Positions 23,791 to 61,275 of a stretch of 64,000 bases of DNA are shown piece after piece. The translations under genes were made by a program, and so were the position numbers. The DNA is taken from NCBI GenBank assembly GCA_964016885.1, contig OZ024748.1:3224001-3288000 (forward strand), written 5' to 3'. The notes beneath the pieces were generated by a model. That model worked only from the letters and a program-made list of their open reading frames with translations, was not told where the DNA came from and made no database searches. How positions within the stretch are numbered: position 1 is the first letter of the stretch; each line of letters opens with the position of its first letter. The DNA comes from Eledone cirrhosa (Eukaryota).

Positions 23791-26700
23791 TCATCATCAT
23801 CATCACCGTTTTACGTCCGTTCTTCCACGCTAGCATGGGTTAGACGGGTTGTCCTGTTGTGGGCAGTGTCTGGTCGGCTGACCATGCCTTGCTCATACAG
23901 GAACTGATCTGGCTTGATTTCTACAGCTGGATGCCCTTCCTAACACCAACCTCATTTACAGTGAGTGCTGGGTGCTTTTTCGTGGCGCCTACACGTCCAC
24001 TTTACAGTGTGGGCTGGGTGCTTTTTTGCCGTGGCACCTCCACGACCACCTTGCGGTGGGGGGGGGGGGGGGGGGGGGGGGCATATTGTTTATATGCTTC
24101 AGCATGTACCCATGGGAGGTCGGGTACCCTGTATTACTGCGTGACGCCAGAAGTCACGGTCGTGTGTCATTGACTTTGAGAGGTGTAGTTGGGTAAGGTC
24201 GGCTTTTATCACCTCATCCCAAGTCATCTTGGGTCTCCCCACTCCGCGGTTTCCATCAACTTCTAGTGCTCTGCACCTTTTTATGCAGCTGTCATCCTTC
24301 ATACGCATCACATGTCCATACCAGCGTAACCGCCTCTCCTGCACGCAGCATTTGATTCCTCTTATGCTCAGTCTCTCTCTCAATTCATTTATGCTTTGTC
24401 GTTCACGTATATTACTGTTACACATCCATCGGAGCATGCAGGCTTCGTTTCTCTCTAATCTACGTAAGTCTTCCACCTTCAGCGCCCAGGTCTCACTACC
24501 ATGCAACATCGCTGTTCGGATACACGCATCATACAGTCTGCCTTTCATTCTGAGGGAGAAGCCTTTTGCAGCTAGCAGTGGTAGTAGTTCCCTAAACTTC
24601 TTCCATCCCGTTCTTACCCTAGTTATTGTACTTTCTGAGCACCCACCTCCGTTGCTAATTCGGTCACCTAGGTAGCAGAAGCTGTCTACTGTTTCTACAG
24701 GGCCCTCCCAGAGATTGGTGGTACTTGTTTCCTGTGGCTGTTTGCTTGCTGTTTCAGCACAGCTGCTGCATGTGAATCCTACATTCTTAATTAAGCTTCC
24801 TGAGATCCCGCTACATCTCTTGTGTACCCATTGTTTGCATTTGGGGCAAAGAATGGAGTTCCTACCTACACCTTTCCTACATACTGAGCAAGGCCATTTC
24901 CCTGAGGGGATCTGGGTTCTGTTTTCTCGTCTACTTATAAGGACCTTAGTCTTTGTCATGTTGACTTTGAGGCCCTTTCTCTCTAGTCCCTGCTTCCAGG
25001 TTTGGAATTTATTCTCTAGTTCTACCATAGATTCAGCTATGAGTGCGAGGTCATCAGCATACAGGAGTTCCCATGGGCATCCGGTCTTAAACTCCTCCGT
25101 TATTGCCTGCAGGACTATGATGAACAGGAGAGGGCTAAGAACAGAGCCCTGGTGGACCCCAACCTGTACGCTAAATTCCTCGCTATACTCATTGCCAATC
25201 CTAACTTTGCTGACTGCTCCCCTATACATGGCTTGTACCGCTTTCACAAGCCATTCATCTACTCCTAGTTTTCTAAGAGCCCACCAGATTACTGCACGTG
25301 GAACTCTGTCAAAGGCTTTCTCAAGGTCGACAAATGCCAAGTAGAGTGGCTTACTTTTAGCTAGGTACTTTTCCTGTAATTGCCTCACAAGGAAGAGGGC
25401 ATCAGTGGTGCCTTTCCCTGGTACAAACCCAAATTGCATCTCGTCTATATTCACCCGGTCCCTAATCAGCTGTGCTATAACTCTTTCTGTTACTTTCATG
25501 ACCTGGTCCATCAACTTTATACCTCTATAGTTTCCTCTATCTAGTGCATCGCCTTTACCTTTGTAGCAGTTGACAATGATGCTACTGCACCAATCTTTTG
25601 GTATGGCCCCCTCTAGTATTACCTGGTTAACGATACGTGTGGTTATAGTGTGACCTACAGACCCAGATGCCTTCAGCATCTCGGCAGCTATACCCGATGG
25701 ACCGGTTGCCTTCCCTATCTTCATATCTCTGATTGCCTTACTTACTACGCTGCCGCTGACTTGTACTGCTGGTCCCTCTATAGGGTCTACGTGGGGTAGG
25801 GTCTCTTCTTCCCATGCATTCTCCTCATTTAGTAATCTATCATAATGACTCTTCCATGCATCTTTCTTCTCAGCACTTGTGAGGGCAAGCTCACCTTTAT
25901 CATTCCGGATACACTTCTCTCCAATGACATCACAACTATCTCTGACACACTGCCTCGCAATCTTGAATACCTCCTGTTTCTGGTCCTCACGTTGTAAAAC
26001 ATGCTTGAATTTTCTATCCTCTGCTTCCCTCCTAGCTAAGTATACTTGTCGCCTAGCTTCCCTCTTGGTCTCTATGTAATGTACCCTGCTCCCCCCGTTC
26101 TTCCATTCTTTCCATGCCTGTCTCTTGGCCTTGACTGCTTCATCTACCTTATTGTTCCACCACCAAGTCACTCTCCTCCTGCTTGAGGTCTTACTCCAGC
26201 CACAAACCTCATCCGTCGCCTCTAGTAAGTTATTTTTTAGGAACTCCCAGTTCTCTTCTACGTTAAATGTCTCTATCTGTTCTTCTTTACTGTCGTAGGC
26301 GTTGAGTAAAATATCTTTAAATCTGTTACTGGTTGAGGGGACTTTCAGCTTCCAGATCTTTCTTCTCCAGGTTGGCCTCTGTTTCAGGGCTCGTCTAGTT
26401 CTGACCGTGAGGTCGCTGACAACTAAGCTATGTTGGGATGTACATTCCTCACTAGGGAAGGCTTTTGTGTTTACGACCGTCCATCTGTCACGTCCTCTGA
26501 TGAGGATAAAATCTAACTGACTAGAGTGCTCCCCTGATCTATAGGTGATCAGGTGGTTGTCGGGTTTTTTAAAGTTTGTGTTACATATCGACATGTCATT
26601 GGCGTCGCAGAATTCTAGAAGTCTGAATCCTTCCTCATTCCTTGTGCCAACTCCATGGCCTCCATGTACTCTATTGAAGCCGTCGCAGTGTTTACCTACG

Positions 26701-26830
26701 TGTCCGTTAAAATCTCCTGCAATGATTAGGAAGTCCTTGTCGTCTGTTAGAGCAGTAGTGTGTATTAGGGACTCGTAAAACCTATCCTTAAGTTCGTCTG
26801 GCAGCCCCGATTGGGGTGCGTAAGCTGATA
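23788..26830 (-). mobile_element. RTE-clade LINE, 5'-truncated, ORF uninterrupted for ~900 codons
   Basis: APE endonuclease motifs ([17 protein letters not shown]), RT motifs ([23 protein letters not shown]), Cys/His finger, 3' UTR and (TGA)n tail. Confidence 0.95.
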
Positions 26831-26868
26831 CATATAAGCTGATATATATATATGCATATATATATATA

Positions 26869-26915
<47 letters not shown>

Positions 26916-26982
26916 GTATGTATATATACATGTATATATGCATATATATATATATATGTGTGCATACATAAATATATATATA

Positions 26983-27193
26983 TCATCATCATCATCATCA
27001 TTTTACGTCCGCTTTTCCCTGCTTGCAAGGGTGGGACGGGAACTGATTCTGGCTTGATTTCTACAGCTGGATGCCCTTCCTAACACCAACCTCATTTACA
27101 GTGAGTGCTGGGTGCTTTTTTGCTGTGAAACGACCACTTTAAAGTGGAATGATAGTGACCCCAGTCCCTATCATCTCATTTCTACAGCTGAGT
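26983..27193 (-). mobile_element. 5'-truncated SINE of the same family
   Basis: Matches 3810-4020. Confidence 0.8.
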
Positions 27194-28135
27194 AAAATAT
27201 ATATACGTACATACATACATATATGTATGTATATATATATATATATGTGTGTATATACATATATACATGTATATATGCATAGATATATATATATATATAT
27301 GTACATACGTATATACCTGTATATATGCATATATATAAACACAGATGTATATAAATCCTCATCGTTTAATGTCTATCTTCCATGCTAGATGGGTGCGTCC
27401 CATTTAGAGGCAAGTTGGGTCAGGTGACCAAGTCTCGCTCTGACACACACACACACACATATATATATATACACAGGCACTGATAAAGAAATACAGCAAT
27501 ACAAAAATGAGAAAAGGAGGCAGTTTTGCTGACTTCAGCAGTAAATCTGAACACAGTGGTTTATAAACACTACAAATTTAATTTATGTATCATGGGAAAT
27601 TTACAATTGTAGCTGTAGTTGTTCTTGTAGTGGCGGTGGTGGTGGTGGTGGTGGTGGTGTTAGCAGTTGTAGTATTTACATAATATATTGGAACTATGTA
27701 AACATACAAACACTGTTATTTATTTGTTTGGAAGGGTAGATACATTGAAAAGGTTTAAGTCTATCCTAAGCCTGCTGGTTTATCAGGCTGGATCTGAATC
27801 TCACCCAGATGGAATGCCAGTGCACCATAGGGTTAACCTTCCCAGTTGCTGCGGGTACTCATGTTCAGCTGAGTAGTGACTGGAGCAATAAGAAGTGAAG
27901 TGCTTTGCTCAAGAACACAATGTGTCGCCGGGTCTGACAACAGGAAAAGCCCTGCAGTTGTGATTATGAGACCAACATCTTAACCATTACGCGACACACC
28001 TTCAGGGGAAGCAGTAACCCCGTTTGGGGAGAAAAAAAAATATACCCAAAAATGTCATTTTGCAAATTTTGTGAAGTGGGGAGTAGGGTGGGATTGGGGT
28101 GGTTTTTAATTGTAATTACGAAACTAATCAAAACA

Positions 28136-52727
<24,592 letters not shown>

Positions 52728-52891
52728 CTGCAAAGATAGAATGATAATAAGAGAAGGAAAAAAAAGGGGGGGGGGGGGCACAAATTACAAAAATAAAAAA
52801 ATAATATTAAATTCTCTATCATGTTCTTAATATTTTCATAATTTAGATTATAGTTTTTTTCATTTAGTAATAAAAAAAAAAGATAGTATAT

Positions 52892-52933
<42 letters not shown>

Positions 52934-53216
52934 GTATATGTATAGTGATGAAACATAAGTCAATTGCATGAACTCATAATCCTTTATTTACTGCTTTATA
53001 TATTTCGATGATAGCCATTGAGTGGCTATGACCTCATCAGGCAGTTAGTCAGTTCTTAGATATGCCAGCTCTGTGTTTATGGTGTTGATGGTATCAGAGC
53101 CTTGCGGCATATGAGCTTGTTAGGAATAATTTAATGTTGCCAGCAGGAATAATTCTCATTGGTCAGTTTGTAGATGCTAGTAGGGTTGGTATTTGACCTC
53201 AAAGAGGCAGGTGGTG

Positions 53217-53247
<31 letters not shown>

Positions 53248-54166
53248 ATATATGTACATATGTGTATATGTTATGTACATATATGTACATATGTGTATAT
53301 GTTATATACATTTATATGTATATTTGGTAGAATAGAAGCAAGCAATGCATTGAAGCAAAGGTGTGATTGAAGCAAGCCAGAACAGAAGAAGGAAGAAATG
53401 AAAAAATATCTACCTATCTATACATGTGTGTGTGTGTGTAAATATATATATATTGTATGTGTATATATGTATATATATGTGTGTGTGTGTGTGAGTCCCG
53501 GCTTCAATCGGCAAGTTGGGTCGGGTGACCATGTCTTGCTCATATAGGACTGTTTCTGGCAGGTTTTCTACAGCTGGATGCCCTTCCTAACACCAACCAC
53601 ATTTACAGTGTGGGCTGGGTGCTTTTTCCCTTGTCTCACACACGACCACTTTACAGTGTGGCCTGGATGTTTTGTGGTACCAACATAATATATATCATAA
53701 TAAACACACACACAAATATATATAATACATACACACAATGTCACACCACATGGTGTAAAATGCCACACTACATATATGTGATATAATATCACATGTATAA
53801 CACACGTCTTTTTAAAAACGAAATAAAAATAAAATGAAATAAAAATCTTAAAATATTTCATTGCAATCCCAAATTTATTCCCCCCCACCCACACACATCT
53901 AAAAACACCAAAAAAATCAAAAACATTTTCCAAGAATTTGAACCACCTTTAATTAAGACCTACAACCCCCCCACCCTTCCTCCAACTCTGAGCTAATTAT
54001 TTTTTTTTTAGTAGCTTTGAAATCGCCCCTCCCCTTCTCCACACCAATCCCAATTAATGATAAATTAAAGAATTTTATACTAATGAGCTAAGTAAATGCG
54101 AGTTATCTCAATTAGAGAAGTTATGAAATGATTGCTCAGTGTATTCTGTATTTTGAGAGAGAGAGA

Positions 54167-54233
<67 letters not shown>

Positions 54234-54354
54234 TGAGAGAGAGAGAGGGTGTGAGGAGAGAGAGAGAGGGGGGGAGGGAGAGGGAGAGAAGAATATTATA
54301 GATGACTGTGGGAGTGATAATGAGGTGTCATAATGTTTAGGATTGTTGTATGTG

Positions 54355-54415
<61 letters not shown>

Positions 54416-54475
54416 ATGTGTGTATATGTGTGTATATATATATGTATATGTGTATGTGTGTGTGTATGTGATACA

Positions 54476-54509
<34 letters not shown>

Positions 54510-54560
54510 CATATGTATACATATATGTATGTGTGTGTATATATATATATATATACACAC

Positions 54561-54658
<98 letters not shown>

Positions 54659-54987
54659 GCATATATATATATATATATGCATGCATGTGTATATAAGACA
54701 GCACCTTAACCACACAGCCACGACTACACCTATACCACATGGTAGCAATGACAATACTTTAACCCTTTAGCATTTAAACTGGTCGTATATGGTCAGAATT
54801 CTCTCACTTCTTTCTATTCAAACCAGCTGTAACTGGAAACTCATACTTGTGTTAAGGTGTTGTTCTCAAAATCAATAATATCAAAATCTCGTGGATTCCA
54901 TATTATATGAGGTAAAGTGTTTACCGTGAAAAAACAATAGTATATATAGAATAATTGTTTCTACTTTTGGCACAAAGCCAGCAATTA

Positions 54988-55963
54988 AACAACACCTTAA
55001 CCACAGCCACAACTGTACCCTGAACTACATGGTAGTAACAACACCTTAACCACAGCCACAACTGTACCCTGAACTACATGGTAGTAACAACACCTTAACC
55101 ACACAGCCACAACTGTACCCTGAACTACATGGTAGTAACAACACCTTAACCACACAGCCACAACTGTACCCTGAACTACATGGTAGTAACAACATCTTAA
55201 CCACAGCCACAACTGTACCCTGAACTACATGGTAGTAACAACATCTTAACCACAGCCACAACTGTACCCTGAACTACATGGTAGTAACAACACCTTAACC
55301 ACAGCCACAACTGTACCCTGAACTACATGGTAGTAACAACACCTTAACCACAGCCACAACTGTACCCTGAACTACATGGTAGTAACAACATCTTAACCAC
55401 AGCCACAACTGTACCCTGAACTACATGGTAGTAACAACACCTTAACCACACAGCCACAACTGTACCCTGAACTACATGGTAGTAACAACACCTTAACCAC
55501 ACAGCCACAACAGTACCCTGAACTACATGGTAGTAACAACATCTTAACCACAGCCACAACTGTACCCTGAACTACATGGTAGTAACAACACCTTAACCAC
55601 AGCCACAACTGTACCCTGAACTACATGGTAGTAACAACACCTTAACCACAGCCACAACTGTACCCTGAACTACATGGTAGTAACAACACCTTAACCACAC
55701 AGCCACAACTGTACCCTGAACTACATGGTAGTAACAACATCTTAACCACAGCCACAACTGTACCCTGAACTACATGGTAGTAACAACACCTTAACCACAG
55801 CCACAACTGTACCCTGAACTACATGGTAGTAACAACATCTTAACCACAGCCACAACTGTACCCTGAACTACATGGTAGTAACAACACCTTAACCACAGCC
55901 ACAACTGTATCCTGAACTACATGGTAGTAACAACACCTTAACCACACAGCCACAACTGTACCC
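54988..55963. repeat. 49/51 bp minisatellite, ~19 copies
   Basis: Unit AACACCTTAACCAC(AC)AGCCACAACTGTACCCTGAACTACATGGTAGTAAC. Confidence 0.96.
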
Positions 55964-56368
55964 ACTTCTATAATTCTAAGTCAAAATTTGTTTGGAATTT
56001 TACAAATGAAACTAAAGATAAAGGAACAAAATATTAGAAGAGAGAGAAGCTATTTTGATAAAAAAAACAACATGGCATACTTTTATAGCTACAGCGTCAT
56101 TCACACATCGTTAAGATAATTTCCCATTAGGTGAATATGCATACCAATAATTAAATATTAAAATTACAAATGATTACATTATTATTATTATTAATTTTTT
56201 TTTTAAATAAATTTTTTTTTTTTAATTGTTTTAAAAATCTTCTGGTCTTGATTAGCAAACGAATTTAATTTTTCATATTTTTGGGGGGGTTTCAAGGTTT
56301 TAAAGATGCATTTAGATCAAATTTATCGAATTCCTTTTGATCAAGAATTTATACATTCAAAATGAAAA

Positions 56369-56413
<45 letters not shown>

Positions 56414-57963
56414 AATATAAAAAGGTATAATTTTCTATTTTTTCTCACAAAAAGCTGACAATAATTTATAGTGTTAGAATATTTCAATAATAGATAATAT
56501 GGAAAAAATATTAAATGTTATGACAACGAAACAATGATGAAAGTACATATTCTAATGAAATAATTTTGAACAAAAAAAAATATGTATAAATATATATATC
56601 AAACAGTAAAACAAAGAGCTCCAGCAAAAATATGAATATGCAAAAAACACACGTGTGTATATATATATATACACACATGTATATAATATACACACACACA
56701 CATGTATATAAATATATGTGTATATATATATACATACATACAGGTATATAAATATATGTATATATATACACACATACAAACATGCGAAATTTGGTCACAA
56801 AGCACCCACACCCCCCACACCAAACTACACACACATGCACTTCACAACGCACACGTGCCCACACACACCACACAAACATGCATACACCCACACACCACAC
56901 ACACATGCACCCCCCACACATGTGGCTCATTTTTTGAAACATACATGTAGCTACTGCAGTTACTATTTGAGAGTTTCCCGGTAATTATTAGTGTTACGTT
57001 AGTGTAGGGATTAGGAAAACACAAACATTGCTACATGGTATGAGTAGATTAATGTAGAGTTAATAAGGAGCTACAACCAGGCCATGCCAAGCAAAAGAAG
57101 AAATATATATATACATATGTATATATATATATGAATGAGTCGGGACCCCAACAGCTGAGCTCTTGCTGTTTCAGAACTAGCTGTTGAAATGGCAAGAGCT
57201 CAGTCATCAGGGCCTTAATGCTTTTATATAACCATACTCTACCACCCCAAGTATCGAGTACTCTTGTGAGTAATAGTCTAACAGGTTTTTACTGCATCTA
57301 TTTTGATTTATATATATATATATATATACATTCATGCACACACACACACATATATATTTTGCTCAAGGAGACAATGTGTCTAGGAATCGAAACCACAACC
57401 TTGTGACTGTAAGCCCAACACCCTAACCACTAGGCCAAGTGCTACTAAAACTTTTTATATCATAAATCAAATTTGATTTTAAAAAATAATAAAAATGTAA
57501 CAAAATTCATATTGAAAACCTCTTAACATTTATACAGCTTAACCATGAGACACCAAAAGTAAAGTTTTTAAAACATTAACTGGAAACAGAAAAAATTAAA
57601 AAAATAAACTAACAAATAATTATGAAATTAAAGTAATTTGACATTTTATTTAAATTGTTCAAAATAAACAAGTGAGACCTGCCAAGCTCATGGTCTACCC
57701 CTGGGTGTCAGAACCAGCACAGTCTCCAAGTGAGACCAGCCAAGCTCATGGATGTTATCCATCTTTATAAAACAATTATATGACCAGTTCTAATCTACAG
57801 ATCAGAAAGATAGACTTTAACTCTTTAGCATTTAAACTGGCCATATCCAGCCAGAGTTCTCTCACCTCCTTCTGTTCAAACTGGCTGTATCTGGCTGCTC
57901 ATACTGATGTTAAGGTATTGTACTTAAAATAAATAACACCAAAATCTCATAGATTCAATATTA

Positions 57964-58275
57964 TGGCTTAGTGGTTAGAGCATTAGCCTTGCAATCGAAA
58001 GGTTGTGAGTTCAATTCTCAGACCGGGTGATGTGTTGTTTCCTTGAGCAAGACACTTTATTTCACATTGTTCCAGTTTACTCAGCTGTAGAAATGAGATG
58101 ATAGGACTGGGGTCCCTATCATTCCACTGCAAAGTGGTCGTGGAGGTGCCACGGCAAAAAAGCACCCAGCACTCACTGTAAATGAGGTTGGTGTTAGGAA
58201 GGTCATCCAGCTGTAGAAATCAAGCCAGAATCAGTTCCCGTCCCACCCTTGCAAGCAGGGAAAAGCGGACGTAAT

Positions 58276-58308
<33 letters not shown>
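57964..58308 (+). mobile_element. Full-length tRNA-derived SINE inserted in a TTAA MITE
   Basis: A box TGGCTTAGTGG, B box GTTCAATTC, central CTTGAGCAAGACACTTTATTTCAC domain, RTE-like 3' part, (TGA)n tail. Confidence 0.88.
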
Positions 58309-58310
<2 letters not shown>

Positions 58311-58384
58311 GTATGTAAGGTAAAGCTTTTACCGTGAAAATATAATAGTAAATATAGAGTATTGTAAATGTTAAAGGGTTAAGA

Positions 58385-58700
58385 ACAAAGGAGGAAAACA
58401 TGTTGGAAGCTACAGCAATGAGAATGTTTCAGAGAATAAAAGGAGTTTCTTTGTTGGATCATACTAGATGTGAAGATATCATAAAAAAAATTGATGTAGA
58501 CCCTACAATGGAGAGGATTTTAGTGGCATGATTAAGGTGTATTGGGTACATAATCAGGGTGAGTGAAAACAACCCTGTCAAGCGAGCATGGAAAATGGAG
58601 ATAAGGGTTAGAAGACCTGTTGGAAGGCCCCAGAAAACAAGAAAGGGATTGACACAGGAGGAGGCTTTGTAAAGGGATAACTGGAATGAAGGTATCAAGG
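58385..58700 (+). mobile_element. Decayed RTE-like C-terminal fragment
   Basis: MLEATAMRMFQRIKGVS...RRPVGRPQKT. Confidence 0.65.
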
Positions 58701-59069
58701 CCACTGCCTAGGAACATGTATATCAGGCTGGGTTTATAAAACAATATTCCAACTCATTTTACAATTTTTTTTAGATTTTTACTGTAAAGTCAGGGAGGAA
58801 ACGGCAGTAACCCTGACCCTTCTTAGGGTTTCTGGGACTAGTGAGAATATGGTGGGGGGGGGGGGGGGGGCGTATCCCCAAACTGGACATATGGTGAAAC
58901 CTTGTAATAAAATGGAATCCAAGGTATGGTCAGATGGTATGACCCATTGAAACCACTCGAGGGTCAAGTGGCAGTGTAAATTCAAAGCTACAGATTAAGT
59001 CAACCACACGGACAAGCCAGAGCAATTACCACAAGGCACCTCATCAGATACTCTAACAATTCCACCAAT

Positions 59070-59480
59070 AGTGGTGTAATATTGCTTACTCTATGGTGGT
59101 GGTGGTGTAATGTAGCCTACTCTATGGTGGTGGTGGTGTAATGTAGCCTACTCTATGGTGGTGGTGGTGGTGTAATGTAGCCTACTCTATGGTGGTGGTG
59201 GTGGTGTAATGTAGCCTACTCTATGGTGGTGGTGGTGTAATGTAGCCTACTCTATGGTGGTGGTGGTGGTGTAATGTAGCCTACTCTATGGTGGTGGTGG
59301 TGGTGTAATGTAGCCTACTCTATGGTGGTGGTGGTGGTGTAATGTAGCCTACTCTATGGTGGTGGTGGTGTAATGTAGCCTACTCTATGGTGGTGGTGGT
59401 GGTGTAATGTAGCCTACTCTATGGTGGTGGTGGTGGTGTAATGTAGCCTACTCTATGGTGGTGGTGGTGTAATGCAGCCT
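59070..59480. repeat. 27/30 bp minisatellite
   Basis: Unit GTAATGTAGCCTACTCTAT followed by a variable (GGT)n run. Confidence 0.95.
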
Positions 59481-59766
59481 GTATTATGCATCTTTTTTCT
59501 TCCCCTCTCCCCTTGCCCTTGTTGTTCAGCAGAGTTATCTTTTCTTGTTAAACTGGTCAGAACTGGTTAAAGATATAAAAGAAACCAAGTTCTCAAATAT
59601 CAAAAATATTTAGCAGAAACTAATTTTAATAAAGAATCTCAAATTATACGAGCTAGCAGCTTCACAAATGTTTTTTGGTTCCACAACCACACACCAGCTT
59701 CCACTACTTGAAAATGGCCAAAAGTTTTAACAAAGAGCACCCCACCCCCATCCAAAAAATAATAAC

Positions 59767-59809
<43 letters not shown>

Positions 59810-60678
59810 TCACTACATTTTTCAGTAAAGATTCAATGTATAATATTGGAACATTCTTTAACGTGATTTAATTTAATTTAATCCAATTTTCCTTTAAAAT
59901 AAAAAAAATTTTTTAAATAAACCAAACAAATAATAATAATAATAATAATAATAAAAAGGCAAACATAAGACCTAAAATTTTTGTAATCCAACAAGCCGAA
60001 ATTTTTAACAGTGTTTTAACAATATATTCTCCGTTGTGTATTGGATGGATCTCATTCTAGTAGAGGAATATGGTAATTAAGGGAAAAAAAGAGTTGTTTT
60101 TTTTTAAATTAAAAAATTTAAATAATAAATAAATATATTTATATTTTACAAAAAATAAAAAAATAAATAAAATGAAATAAAATTTAAATAAATAAAAATA
60201 AAATTTCTTAAAGAATGATACGAAGGAGAAAATTTTTAAATGTCAGTTAAGAAGAAATTACTGAAGATTCAAAGGAATGGAAATATTGATTTTTATTATT
60301 ATTATTATTATTACAAAACACAAAGTTTTGGATGGTGAACTATTATTCATATGTGGTGCTTGAATGAGAGAGAGAGAGAGAGGGGGAGAGAGAGAGAGAG
60401 AGGCTATCTATAGAAATAGATTTTTTTTTTTTTGCTTTTTTCCAAAAAAATGTCAAAATTTCACTTCAAAATAAACAAACAAATAAATAAATATCTGCTA
60501 TATTGGAAGAAGAAGAAGAAGAAGAAGAAGAAGAAGAAGAAGAAGAAGAAGAAGAAGAGAGGAGGAGAAGAAGAAGATTGGGAGGAGGAAGAGGATAAGA
60601 AGACAGGAAGAATACAGAAGACATAAGAAAAAGAATTAGTAGTAGTAGTGGTGGTGGTGGTAGTAATAATAATAGTAT

Positions 60679-60718
<40 letters not shown>

Positions 60719-61196
60719 GGTAGAGCTAATAGTAGTAATAGTATTGGTAGTAGTAGTGGTGGTGGTGGTAGTGCTAATAGTAGTAATAGTATTGGTGGTA
60801 GTAGTAATAGTATTGGTGGTAGTAGTAATAGTATTGGTGGTAGTAGTAGTGAGTGTAATAAAACTATCTAATATGTATTCTCTCACAGGAGACAGAACTG
60901 GTTGAGAGATGGCTGTAGTTATAGTATATAAAAAACAAAACAAAGATACCTACTTTAATAGGGATGGGGGAGCAGTGAAGTGGAGGATGGCATGGGAGGA
61001 GAGTGGGGGTGGAGAATGAAGCAAAAATTAATTTTTAATTAAATCATTAAAAGTTGATAACAATTAAGAATAACTAAAAAAAAAAATTATCTAAGTATAC
61101 ATATATATATATATATAGATAGATATACATACATATATAGTGGTATATATATATAGGATAATCCTATACCTAATACATACATATATATATATACAT

Positions 61197-61275
<79 letters not shown>

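Noticed and set aside
22649-26778. Several + strand ORFs over the RTE elements
   Set aside because: Antisense shadows of the RTE coding frame.
26831-26969. N-terminal extension of the 956 aa RTE ORF
   Set aside because: TA microsatellite read-through; the element is 5'-truncated and has no genuine start.
54988-55963. CRISPR-like appearance of regular repeats (also 7710-8235 and 62615-63636)
   Set aside because: No unique spacers and no cas genes; eukaryotic tandem repeats.
57964-58035. tRNA gene (also about 17600-17665 and 4060-4133)
   Set aside because: A/B boxes continue into SINE body and tail; no complete cloverleaf or terminator.
60887-60912. Possible BAZ2B micro-exon (ctacag...gtgaga)
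   Set aside because: 26 nt, no recognisable BAZ2B peptide, and phase cannot be tested without the upstream exon.
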